Shown piece by piece: positions 35,267 through 44,588 of a stretch of 61,687 bases of DNA. The notes under the pieces are model-generated. The model worked only from the letters and a program-made list of their open reading frames with translations, was not told where the DNA came from and searched no databases. Location: positions 1 through 61,687 of the forward strand of contig CAZSZE010000018.1 of NCBI GenBank assembly GCA_964610645.1, read 5' to 3'. Every line of letters starts with the position of its first letter. Positions within the stretch are counted from its first letter, which is position 1. Made by a program: the position numbers and the translations under genes. This DNA is from an uncultured Enterobacterales bacterium (GTDB lineage: Bacteria; Myxococcota_A; UBA796; CAJQPC01).

Positions 35267-36489
35267 TCGAACCTCGCATCGGAACGCCCGGTCCAGTCCC
35301 ACCGCAGAACCTGCACCGAGATCTCGTCTCCCGCTGCCAGGCCCGCGCAGTCCTCTCCCAGGAGCGCAAATCCATCGGCAAAGACCATGGAGGTGAGCGC
35401 CCCCGAGGAGGCATTGGCAACTGGCGTGGCCCGAATCCCATCGGCGTCTGTCAGGGACACCCGGCAGAATTCCGCCCGCCCCGGTTTCTTGGACAGGTCG
35501 GCGGTGAGCCGCGCCCGCACCACCGGGAGAAACGGGGACGGGTCGCCCAGCATTCCCCGGATCACCGGCCGCACAAACTGGTAAAACCCCACCATGCACG
35601 AAACCGGGTTGCCGGGAAGACCAAAGGCGGGCTTGCCCCCCATTCTCCCAAAGGCCAGTGGCTTCCCCGGTTTCATGCGGATCTTCCAGAAATCGAGCGC
35701 GGCGTCGTGGGCGTCAAAGGCATCCTTGACATGGTCGTGATCCCCCATGGACACGCCCCCCGTGGTCACGATCACGTCCTCTTCCACGCACCGCGCCAGG
35801 TATCGCTGCAGCTCGGCTGGATCGTCCGGGGCGATTCCGCAGTCCACGCCGATGGCCCCTGCTGCAGCGACCAACCCCATGAGCGCGTGGGTGTTCGAGG
35901 AGTGGATCTGCCCGGGCTTGAGCGCCACATCCACCGGCATCACCTCGTCGCCCGTGGAGAGGATGGCCACCCGCGGTTGCCGCGCCACCTGCACGCGAGG
36001 CATGCCAAGAGCTGCCAGAAGTCCCACTTCCGGGGGACCGAGGATCCGACCGCTGCGCAACACAACCGTCCCCGCGGAGACATCGTTTCCCTGGTCTCTC
36101 ACGTTCTGCCGGGGAGAGACGCCCTGGTGAATCTCCACGGCCTCCATGCCGCCATCGGTGCGCTCGATCATCACCACCGCATCCGCCCCCGAAGGCATCG
36201 GGGCCCCGGTCATGATTCGGGCGCATGTGCCCGGGGTGATCAAAACCGACGGGGTCTGCCCAGCCCCGATGTGCTCCACGACATCCAAACAAACGGGAAC
36301 GGTCCGGGTGTCCTCTGCAATCACGGCGAACCCGTCCATGGCCGAGTTGTCCCAAGGAGGAAGGTCGGCCGAAGCCGTGACGTCTTCCGCAAGCACCCGC
36401 CCACAAGCCTGCTCGATGGGGATCTCCTCCGACACCGGCGCAGTGACCGCTGTCAGCACCCGCGCCAGGGCCTCTTCAGGTGACAGCAC
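35260..36489 (-). CDS. moeA: Molybdopterin molybdotransferase
   Basis: PWDNSAMDGFA, IMTGAPMP, STGDE, TGGVSMGD, MKPGKP, GLPGNPVS. Confidence 0.96.
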   Translation of the reverse strand: MLSPEEALARVLTAVTAPVSEEIPIEQACGRVLAEDVTASADLPPWDNSAMDGFAVIAEDTRTVPVCLDVVEHIGAGQTPSVLITPGTCARIMTGAPMPSGADAVVMIERTDGGMEAVEIHQGVSPRQNVRDQGNDVSAGTVVLRSGRILGPPEVGLLAALGMPRVQVARQPRVAILSTGDEVMPVDVALKPGQIHSSNTHALMGLVAAAGAIGVDCGIAPDDPAELQRYLARCVEEDVIVTTGGVSMGDHDHVKDAFDAHDAALDFWKIRMKPGKPLAFGRMGGKPAFGLPGNPVSCMVGFYQFVRPVIRGMLGDPSPFLPVVRARLTADLSKKPGRAEFCRVSLTDADGIRATPVANASSGALTSMVFADGFALLGEDCAGLAAGDEISVQVLRWDWTGRSDARFDW

Positions 36490-36504
36490 GACTGCGCTCC
36501 CGCA

Positions 36505-37953
36505 TCACTGCGCTCCCCTCTCGAGTGGCTGCGGAAAGACCAGGAGCACCTGGCCCACCTGCAGGTGGTTCGGGTCCTCCATGTGGTTCCAGGCCACCAG
36601 GTCCCCCACACTCACGCCGTGTCTCTGGGCAATCATCCCCAGGTTGTCGCCGGTCCGCACCTTGACCTTCATGGGCTCCCCTGACGACTGGGCCTTCTTC
36701 GACCCGCCCTCTGCACCCAGCAGGGGCACCACCACCTCCATCCCCACGGAAATGCGGTTCGGATTGGAGATGCGATTGAACTCCACCAGCGCATCCACAC
36801 CCACACCATACTGGGCAGCAATGGACCCGAGGGACTCGCCGGATTGGACCCGGTGCTTGCGGTAGGTGACCCGCTCGGCGGCTGGCACCTGGACGATGGC
36901 CGCCTGAAATGCAGCGGTGGTTCCCAGGGGAATGCGCACGTGGGTCGTGGAATCAGGGGGCGTCGCGCCTCGCAGCAAGGCGGGATTCAGGGTGACCACA
37001 GCCGCTTCATCCACCCCGGCGCAGCGGGCGATCACGTCCAGGGTGACGGACCCCTCGACCTCCACCGTTTCGTAGACCAATTGGGACCGGGGGGTGATTC
37101 CCGTGAACCCATACCGCTCTGGATGCTTGCCGATAATGGCCGCCGCCATGATCTTGGGCACGTAGTTGCGCGTCTCGGGAGGCAATGCCTTCAGGCGAAC
37201 CAGCTCCCAGTAGTCATCCGTCCCCTGCTTTCGAACCGCCCCCCGCACCCGCCCGGTGCCCGCGTTGTACGCCGACCAGGCCAGGGGCCAGTCCCCGAAG
37301 AGCCGGTAGAGATCGTCCAGCATCTCCATGGCCGCCGCAGTGGCGGCTTCCGGATCCCGGCGCTCGTCGACCCAGTAGTCGATGCGCAGGCCATAGCCGC
37401 GGCCCGTGGGGGCGATGAACTGCCAGAGCCCCACCGCTGAAGCCGTGGACTTGGCATGGGGTGAGAAACCAGACTCGATCATGGCCAGGTAGAGGGTGTC
37501 CTGGGGCAGGCCGGCTTCCGTCAGGGCTGCCGAGATCATGGGCTGGTACCGGCCCTGCCGCGCCAGCCACTTTCGGTAGTACTTGCTGCCCCGTCCCTGG
37601 AAGTAGTGGAGCCAGCGCTGGACATCCGCATTCAAGACGACCGGAATGTCGAACTCCGAGGGGTCCAAGCCGGTCTTCGGCTCCGGTTCCACCGGCGGGT
37701 CCTCCACCTTCTCGGCGGGCACCCCCGGCCAGGCACCATCCTCCAGCAGCTCCTTCTCTGCGACCTTCTCCTCCTCGAACTCCTCGGCCTCTTGTTTCCC
37801 CTCCTCCGACGCAGGCTCGCTTCCCTGCTCCACAATGTCCCACAGGGAAGGGGGCGGCTCCGGCTCCTCTTCCGGTGGGCTCCAGGGGCTCTCCTCCTGT
37901 CCCCACGCAGGGGCTCCGAGGACACACCACAAGAGCGGCAGAAGGGAGATCAT
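36505..37953 (-). CDS. mltD: Lytic transglycosylase (MltD-like) with two LysM domains
   Basis: AMIESGF, AVGLWQF, DERRDP, AYNAG, ETRNYVPK; LysM repeats; ATG 37953 with GGAG RBS. Confidence 0.9.
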   Translation of the reverse strand: MISLLPLLWCVLGAPAWGQEESPWSPPEEEPEPPPSLWDIVEQGSEPASEEGKQEAEEFEEEKVAEKELLEDGAWPGVPAEKVEDPPVEPEPKTGLDPSEFDIPVVLNADVQRWLHYFQGRGSKYYRKWLARQGRYQPMISAALTEAGLPQDTLYLAMIESGFSPHAKSTASAVGLWQFIAPTGRGYGLRIDYWVDERRDPEAATAAAMEMLDDLYRLFGDWPLAWSAYNAGTGRVRGAVRKQGTDDYWELVRLKALPPETRNYVPKIMAAAIIGKHPERYGFTGITPRSQLVYETVEVEGSVTLDVIARCAGVDEAAVVTLNPALLRGATPPDSTTHVRIPLGTTAAFQAAIVQVPAAERVTYRKHRVQSGESLGSIAAQYGVGVDALVEFNRISNPNRISVGMEVVVPLLGAEGGSKKAQSSGEPMKVKVRTGDNLGMIAQRHGVSVGDLVAWNHMEDPNHLQVGQVLLVFPQPLERGAQ

Positions 37954-38046
37954 GGTCTCCCGTAGCCGGGTCCCCCCTCCCCAGCCAGCGTTGCCCGGTG
38001 AGCCATCCTGCGCTACCACCGGCGCACCCACCGGCTGGCAACCCCC

Positions 38047-39261
38047 ATGTCCCACATTGTCATCGCTACCCAGGACGATGTCCTTCGGAACCAGGTGGTG
38101 GAGCCCCTGGCCGATACCGGTCACGCAGTACATGCCACGACAGGCTGGGATGGACTGGTGCGAGGCCTCGCAGATCCAGGCTGCACCATGGTGTTGGTCG
38201 ATGCGTCCCTACCGGACCTCCAGCCGGATCTGCTCCTCCAGATCACAGCCTCCCTCACCCACAAGCCCCTGGTGCGGGTCATGGGGGGAGCTGCACCGCC
38301 CCTTACCCGCGTCTCGACCCGGCAGGACCTGCTCCTGGGCCAGGTACGGTCCCGCACACCCGCCAGCTTGAATCCCAGGGAACGCCGCATCTTGAGTCAC
38401 ATGGGGCTGGGGAAGAAGCCGTTTCGAAGGCTGGCCCGTATGGCGACCCATCCTCTTCCCGTCCGAATCCAAGGGGAACGAGGCACCAACAAAGAGAGCA
38501 TCGCCCGGGCGCTGCACGCCCTCAACGGAGACACCGGCCCTTTCGTCAAGCACAGGGGCAGCGCCATGCCCACCCTCTCCGGGCGAGAGGGCACCCTGTA
38601 CCTGAAGGATGTGGACGAGTGGGGCGAGGCCGACCTGGAGCAGCTCATCCGGAGTCTGGAGGAAACCCGCTGGCGCCTCATCGGCGGGTCCCGCAATCCA
38701 CCTGTCGGCGACGATGCAGTGCTCTCCTGGACCCACCTCTTGTTGCCCCCTCTGCGCGAGAGACAGAAAGACATCAAGTCCCTGACGAAGATCTACCTGG
38801 AGCGGTACCGACGAAGCCTCGGAATGCCCAGGAGACGGCTGGATGAGTCCGTCTGGAGAATGCTCCACTCCTATGACTGGCCCGGCAACACCAAGGAGTT
38901 GGAACACCTGGTGGTCCGGGTGCTGACCTCCACGAACCGGCCGGAGATTCGCCGGCGAGACATCCCTCGCGCCGTGCGCGATCTGATACTTAAAAACCCC
39001 CACGCTGAGATTCGAGACCTGGCCCAGGGGTTCGAGGAAGTGGTGGAGGCCCGCCTGGGACCCATCGTCGGGGAATACCAGATCGACTCGGACCTTGGCC
39101 TTCACCGCCTCGCGGTCAACGCCACCGAACGGGCCCTGTTCCGCCTGGCCTTGTCTCGTACGGGGGGCAACCAAAAGGCAGCAGCAAACCTTCTCGGTGT
39201 CGCAAGAAATACCCTGCGCACAAAACTCACCCAGCTGGGAATCGAGGGAGAGGAGAGGTGA
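38047..39261 (+). CDS. Degenerate NtrC/Fis-family regulator (receiver-like, AAA-like and Fis HTH domains)
   Basis: GERGTNKE, LPPLRER..DI, YDWPGN.KEL, GGNQKAAANLLGVARNTLR; no GAFTGA. Confidence 0.85.
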   Translation: MSHIVIATQDDVLRNQVVEPLADTGHAVHATTGWDGLVRGLADPGCTMVLVDASLPDLQPDLLLQITASLTHKPLVRVMGGAAPPLTRVSTRQDLLLGQVRSRTPASLNPRERRILSHMGLGKKPFRRLARMATHPLPVRIQGERGTNKESIARALHALNGDTGPFVKHRGSAMPTLSGREGTLYLKDVDEWGEADLEQLIRSLEETRWRLIGGSRNPPVGDDAVLSWTHLLLPPLRERQKDIKSLTKIYLERYRRSLGMPRRRLDESVWRMLHSYDWPGNTKELEHLVVRVLTSTNRPEIRRRDIPRAVRDLILKNPHAEIRDLAQGFEEVVEARLGPIVGEYQIDSDLGLHRLAVNATERALFRLALSRTGGNQKAAANLLGVARNTLRTKLTQLGIEGEER

Positions 39262-39848
39262 TTCGCGGACTGTACGGCATCGCGGACGCGGATTTCGGAG
39301 ACCCGGTTGCACTGGCCTTGCAACTGTTGGAAGGGGGTGTGGAAACACTCCAGGTGCGATGCAAGAAATGGCGTGCCGCCCGAATCGGTGCGGTGTTGCA
39401 GGAGATTGGTCCTACTTGTGCCGCTCGGGGCTGCCTGTTGCTGGTCAACGACCACCTGGAGTTGGCCCCCCTCGCGGGTGGGCTGCACCTGGGCCAGGAA
39501 GATGGTGTGGTGCAGCGATCTGACCTCCCGCATGGAGCGCTCCTGGGCCGTTCCACCCATGATGAGGGACAGGTCCAGGCGGCCCTGGCAGAAGGGGTGG
39601 ACTACATCGGGTTCGGACCTGTCTTTGGGTCCAGAACCAAGGCCACGGGCTACACGCCGCGGGGCCTCTCCGCCCTGCAAAGAGCGGTGGAGGCAGCCGG
39701 CAACACACCGGTAGTGGCCATTGGGGGAATTACCGAGGAGAACCTCCCGGAGGTACGCAGGACGGGTGTCCAGGCCTGGGCACCCATCTCGGCCCTGCTG
39801 GGACAGGAGGACATTGTCGCCACCACCCGGCGGTTCAGGATGCCTTGA
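39258..39848 (+). CDS. thiE: Thiamine-phosphate synthase
   Basis: LVND, GLHLGQED, GRSTH, DYIGFGPVF...TK, VAIGGI. Confidence 0.93.
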   Translation: MIRGLYGIADADFGDPVALALQLLEGGVETLQVRCKKWRAARIGAVLQEIGPTCAARGCLLLVNDHLELAPLAGGLHLGQEDGVVQRSDLPHGALLGRSTHDEGQVQAALAEGVDYIGFGPVFGSRTKATGYTPRGLSALQRAVEAAGNTPVVAIGGITEENLPEVRRTGVQAWAPISALLGQEDIVATTRRFRMP

Positions 39849-41142
39849 CGCAGACCCCCAGTGTCTGTGAATGCGGTTCCAGGAGGGCGGCAAGCCAGGC
39901 CCGTGCCTTCCAGTCGGTCTCGTCCAATTCCGTGCGCGGGTTGGAGTCGGCAACGATTCCCGCCCCCACCTGCACATGGGCGCTGCGCTCCCCGCACCCG
40001 GCCCCGAGAAATGTGGCGGTGCGAATGGCCACGTTCCACTGGGCCGAGCCGCCATCCCCAAAAAAACCGATGGCACCCGTGTACACCCCGCGCGGCACCG
40101 GCTCCAGGGCGTGGATGATCTCCATGGCCGCGACCTTGGGCGCACCGGTGATGCTGGCCCCTGGGAAGGTGGCCTCCAGGGCTGAAACCGCGTCGTGGCC
40201 CGGCGCCAACCGGCCCTGCACCGACTGCTCTGCATGGAACAGGGTGGGCAGGGACGCCAGGACCCTCGGGGAAGTGACCACCGAGCCCGGGGTACACACC
40301 CGGGAGAGGTCATTGCGGGCCATGTCCACGATCATGGTGAGTTCTGCTTGCTCCTTGGGATCCTCCATGAGCTGCCGCGCCAACAGCCGGTCCAACTCGC
40401 CGGTTGTTCCCCGGGGGCGCGTTCCCTTGACCGGCCGCGTTTCCACCCGTCCACTCTCCACCCGCAGAAGGAGCTCCGGGGAGTTCGAGACCACCTGCCC
40501 CGCCTCGCCGAGATCCAGCAAGGCCCCATACCGGGCGGGGTGGTTTCTCCGAAGACGAAAGGCGCATTCCAAAGGAGAACCCGCCCGGTCCACCACGAGG
40601 CGCCGGGACAGGTTGGCCTGGTAGCAGGCCCCCGCACGAATGGATGCCAGTACCTGCTCCACGCCCTGAAGGAACCCCGCGGGATCCCCCACCTCCGCCA
40701 GGTGTCCCCCGGGGACCTGGGGAAGGGGCACCTCGTGCGCTTCCTCCAGCACCACGGAGGCCGCTTCTACAAAGGTGGGCGCACCACCGGCGCACCACGA
40801 CTGCCCATCCCACCAAAGTGCGCCGTCCACTCGCCAAAGGGCAAGATCCGCCAGGGGGCGAGGCCCCTTGGGAGACGGCATCTTCTCACACCACCTGCCC
40901 GCCTCGTAGCCGAAGTATCCGACCACCCCTCCCGCAAAGGGCATTCCAGGCGCCATGGAGGACTGCCGGAGAAGGCAACGAACAGACTCCGCCCAGCCAG
41001 GCCCTGGGTCCACATCCAAGGCCGCCCCCCAGGTGAAGACCGTGCCCCATGGCCCATCAAACCAACAGAACCTGGGCTTCAAAGCAGCGATTCTGGCGAC
41101 GGACTCCCACGGAGGAGAAAGCTGGCCAAAGTGGCGTACCAT
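39835..41142 (-). CDS. pabB: Chorismate-binding enzyme, aminodeoxychorismate synthase component I-like
   Basis: GGVVGYFGYE, YQANLS, SPELLL, PVKGT, AELTMIVDMARNDL, FPGASITGAPK, GAGIV. Confidence 0.8.
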   Translation of the reverse strand: MVRHFGQLSPPWESVARIAALKPRFCWFDGPWGTVFTWGAALDVDPGPGWAESVRCLLRQSSMAPGMPFAGGVVGYFGYEAGRWCEKMPSPKGPRPLADLALWRVDGALWWDGQSWCAGGAPTFVEAASVVLEEAHEVPLPQVPGGHLAEVGDPAGFLQGVEQVLASIRAGACYQANLSRRLVVDRAGSPLECAFRLRRNHPARYGALLDLGEAGQVVSNSPELLLRVESGRVETRPVKGTRPRGTTGELDRLLARQLMEDPKEQAELTMIVDMARNDLSRVCTPGSVVTSPRVLASLPTLFHAEQSVQGRLAPGHDAVSALEATFPGASITGAPKVAAMEIIHALEPVPRGVYTGAIGFFGDGGSAQWNVAIRTATFLGAGCGERSAHVQVGAGIVADSNPRTELDETDWKARAWLAALLEPHSQTLGVCVKAS

Positions 41143-41239
41143 GCAGGGCAGCTATCACGCCCGGAAGTCTCCGGGACACCGTTGCAGCCCGCGCCGAGGT
41201 GTGTTTAATTCACCTTCATCGATTGCCAATAGACCGCTC

Positions 41240-42958
41240 ATGAAACTCGTCCTCCTCGAAACAGATGCCGACTTTGCCCGGGTCCTCACGCAGGTGCTGG
41301 ACAAGGCCGGATTCCGAGTGGAACAGGTTCCCTCCCCGGAAGAGGCACTGTCCAAGGTGCGAACCTCCTTGCCGGATCTCCTGGTCCTGGGATTGGGCGG
41401 GGATCTCGCTGCGGGTGGCCAGCTGTTGAAGCGCCTTCGCAAGGAGCCCGTGGGAGCCACGCTGCCCATCCTTCTCATGTCCTCCACGTGGTCGGAAACC
41501 AACCCGCACATTCAGCACCTGTTGTCCCACCACCGGTGCCAGGGCTTTCTCGCTCGTCCCTTTCCCATGCTGGACCTGGCTGATCGCCTTCGCGCCGCAG
41601 CCGCCGATGCGCCAGTCGCCGAGACCGCCAGCGCCCCCGCCCCAAAGCCGGATCGAAAGACCCTGCGACTGCTGCAGTCCATCTGGATTGAAAAGCGAAC
41701 AGGCGTGCTCCGATTGGCATCCACGGACAATTGGGCCTTGTTCAACAATGGTGCAGCCATGGATGAGGGGTCCCTCTCGCTGGCCCGGCAAGCCATGTAC
41801 GAGGGAGGGGCTTCCTTTTCGGAAACAAACGAGTCGGGGAGCGCCTCGATCCTGCCTTTCGCCGCCCTGTTGATGGAGGGGTGCATGGCCCGGGTGCAAA
41901 CCACCTTTGTCCTGCAGCGGGACAAGAACTGGGCAGCCCCCGGAGAGCGCAACGACCGCCTGGAGGAGTTGGGTGCTTCGGATTCCGTCCAAGCCCTGCT
42001 GCAGGCAAGCAACAACGAGGTCGCCCTGGGAACGCTCTTGGACGACACCGACGAACAGGCCAGTGAGCTTGCAGCGCTGGCACAGCTCGGCGTGATCGAG
42101 TTTCAGCCCATCTCCACCCGGACTGCAGCACGCAAGAAGGCAGCGGAAGCCAGAAGGCGCGCCGCTGCCCGGGCCGCAGCGACCCCCACCCCTGCCGAGG
42201 CGCCCACCTCGCTCGAGCCAGCCATCGAGGAAGCAACTGGAGCGCTTCCCGAGGAGGGCCTGTCCTTGCCCGAGGGGGCCTCTGAAGATGCCACCGTGAC
42301 CATGAAACGCCTCGTGCGAGAGTGGGGGACCCTCCAGGGGGCAGACCACTACACGGTGCTGGGCGCCTCTCCGACGACTCCACCCGATCGACTGGAAGCC
42401 CAGGCCCAGCGCATGGTGGATCGCTACTCCGCCCTTGCGAATGACGAGAAGCAACCCTATCCAGTGCGGGAGTTGGCGCGGAAGATCCTGGGCCGGGTCG
42501 AGGACGCCCAGGATCTGGTGGCAGGCCGCAAGCAGGCGGTGGCGACCTTTGGCATGGCCGCGGATTCCGCCAACTTGTCCAAGGAGGATCTGGCCTTCCA
42601 GGAAGGGCAGACGGCCTTGGAGGCCGGCCTCTACGAGCGGGCCGCCCAGTGTTTCACCGCGGCCCGCAACGAGCGCCTGGACTCGGCCCGCAACCTTGCG
42701 TGGCTCGGCTGGGCCACCTACCACAATAAAAAGCTCTCCCTGGAGGACCGCTGCAACGAGGGGCTGGATTTCCTGCGCCTTGCCAACTCCTTTGACCCCC
42801 ACCACAAGGAGGGGCAGTATTTCCTGGCCTTCATCGAGAGCAAGCATGGCAAGCCAGAGCAGGCAGTCAAGCGGCTGCAGGGGTTGCTTCAAGACGACCC
42901 GGGAAACCGCGAGGCCCGAACGCTCTTGAACGGCCTGCGCCGCGACCACGGAATCTGA
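41240..42958 (+). CDS. Pseudo-receiver / J-domain-like / TPR protein
   Basis: Receiver fold lacking the phospho-Asp (LLVLGL); DHYTVLG without HPD; C-terminal TPRs. Confidence 0.75.
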   Translation: MKLVLLETDADFARVLTQVLDKAGFRVEQVPSPEEALSKVRTSLPDLLVLGLGGDLAAGGQLLKRLRKEPVGATLPILLMSSTWSETNPHIQHLLSHHRCQGFLARPFPMLDLADRLRAAAADAPVAETASAPAPKPDRKTLRLLQSIWIEKRTGVLRLASTDNWALFNNGAAMDEGSLSLARQAMYEGGASFSETNESGSASILPFAALLMEGCMARVQTTFVLQRDKNWAAPGERNDRLEELGASDSVQALLQASNNEVALGTLLDDTDEQASELAALAQLGVIEFQPISTRTAARKKAAEARRRAAARAAATPTPAEAPTSLEPAIEEATGALPEEGLSLPEGASEDATVTMKRLVREWGTLQGADHYTVLGASPTTPPDRLEAQAQRMVDRYSALANDEKQPYPVRELARKILGRVEDAQDLVAGRKQAVATFGMAADSANLSKEDLAFQEGQTALEAGLYERAAQCFTAARNERLDSARNLAWLGWATYHNKKLSLEDRCNEGLDFLRLANSFDPHHKEGQYFLAFIESKHGKPEQAVKRLQGLLQDDPGNREARTLLNGLRRDHGI

Positions 42959-42961
42959 TCC

Positions 42962-44560
42962 TTGGACTCCTCGGGCAGAGGCAAGGACCCACAGATTGCC
43001 CGCTGGCTCTGGCTGTCCCTGACCTGCTGGTACATCCTGCTGCTGGGGGGACACATCTACAGTCCCGACGGTACGGTCATGTACCGGGTGACACAGGGGT
43101 GGGTCGAAGACGGCACCTTGGATTTTCCCGTCCTGCCGGACCACGAAGCGTTTGGCGGTCCTGTCTCCCGGGAGGAGGACGGCAAGGTCACACGGCGACA
43201 CTCCAAGTATGGGCTTGGGCTCTCAGCTGCCTCTGTGCCCGCCTATGCTGCCAGCCGACTCCTCTCCCCCCTTGCCACCGACGAAGAGAAAGGCATCTTC
43301 CACACGCCGGCCACAATGGAGGGGCCGTTCTCGTGGGGGTCACACCGTCGGGTAAGGGACCCGGATCGGCGCTCCTTTCGCCGACTTTGGTACAAGGTGG
43401 GCCGGGACAGGTTTGACGACGCATTTGGCGCCTTTCTTGTGACATGGACCAACGGGGCCCTCACAGCAGGGACCTGCGCCCTGTTGTTTCTTCTGTTGCG
43501 CGGCCTCGGAGTCGGTGTCCGGGTCTCCCTTGGCTGTGCGGTGGCCTGCGGGCTGGGCAGCCCCATGTTGCACTATGCGCGGACCTTCTGGGCGGAGCCG
43601 TTGGCGGCTTTCTCGTTCACCGGAATAGCCGCGTGCCTGGTTCGAAATGCCAGGTCCGGGGACAGGCGGGACCTGGTTGGCGCAGGTGGATTTTACGGGT
43701 TGTTGGTGGCCACGAAGATCGCCCTCGGCATCCTGGCCCTTCCCCTGGGGCTGGCCCTCCTGCACAGCCGCAGTTGGAAGTGGAGGGACTTCCTGGGGGA
43801 TGTGGGTTGGATCACGGCGGGGGCGGCGCCTGGCTTTGCGGGGGTCGGGGCCTACAATGCGGTGCGGTTTGGCTCTCCGCTTTCCACCGGGTACAGCGTC
43901 GCTGTGGATGCCTGGACCAGCCCCTGGACCGAGGGGCTCTTGGGGTTGATCGCAAGCCCGGGACGCGGACTCTTGTGGCACTTCCCCCTGGTGTTGGTGT
44001 CCCTCTGGGCCATCAGAAAGTGTCAGGGCACCTCCCGGACCCTCTCAATTCTGGCTTTCAGCGGGCTTGTCACACTGCTGGGGCTGTACTGCAGGTGGTG
44101 GGACTGGGGCGGCAGCTGGTGTTGGGGGCCCCGGTTCCTTGTGCCCGTGCTCCCGCTTCTCTACGTGCCTGTGGCCGTGGCCCTGGAGAATGCAGAGGGG
44201 GCCCAGCGCAGGGCCATCAAGGCGGCAGTGGGTCTCACGGCCCTTGTGGCCATCAACGGCATCCTGGTGAATCCCCACGACTACTACCAGTGGCTGAAGG
44301 CGATCTTCGTGACCGACAAAGAGGCCTGGGCTGCCCTGGGCATCTTCCACCACTTTGAGCTCCTGTACTGGGACTGGCACTTTGCGCCCCTCCTGCGCTG
44401 GTGGACCTTTCCCGTGCGTGAGACCCAGCTCCTTCCCGCGGTGTTCAGCGCCCCCGGCCTGGTGGCGGGACTGTACGCGCTGGTGTTGTGCGGAGTGCTG
44501 CTCGGGGTACTCCGGATCCGGCGCTTCATTCCCGCCGCAGTGACTCAATCGTCGCAGTGA
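42962..44560 (+). CDS. GT-C fold membrane glycosyltransferase-like protein
   Basis: SPDG..MY, SKYGLG, YARTFWAEP, YN..RFGSPL.TGY, SPGRGLL, WGPRFLVP. Confidence 0.7.
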   Translation: MDSSGRGKDPQIARWLWLSLTCWYILLLGGHIYSPDGTVMYRVTQGWVEDGTLDFPVLPDHEAFGGPVSREEDGKVTRRHSKYGLGLSAASVPAYAASRLLSPLATDEEKGIFHTPATMEGPFSWGSHRRVRDPDRRSFRRLWYKVGRDRFDDAFGAFLVTWTNGALTAGTCALLFLLLRGLGVGVRVSLGCAVACGLGSPMLHYARTFWAEPLAAFSFTGIAACLVRNARSGDRRDLVGAGGFYGLLVATKIALGILALPLGLALLHSRSWKWRDFLGDVGWITAGAAPGFAGVGAYNAVRFGSPLSTGYSVAVDAWTSPWTEGLLGLIASPGRGLLWHFPLVLVSLWAIRKCQGTSRTLSILAFSGLVTLLGLYCRWWDWGGSWCWGPRFLVPVLPLLYVPVAVALENAEGAQRRAIKAAVGLTALVAINGILVNPHDYYQWLKAIFVTDKEAWAALGIFHHFELLYWDWHFAPLLRWWTFPVRETQLLPAVFSAPGLVAGLYALVLCGVLLGVLRIRRFIPAAVTQSSQ

Positions 44561-44588
44561 CTCAATCGTCGCAGTGACTCAATCGTCG
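44536..44588. repeat. 17-nt tandem repeat, three copies, spanning two convergent stop codons
   Basis: CGCAGTGACTCAATCGT at 44536, 44553 and 44570. Confidence 0.95.
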
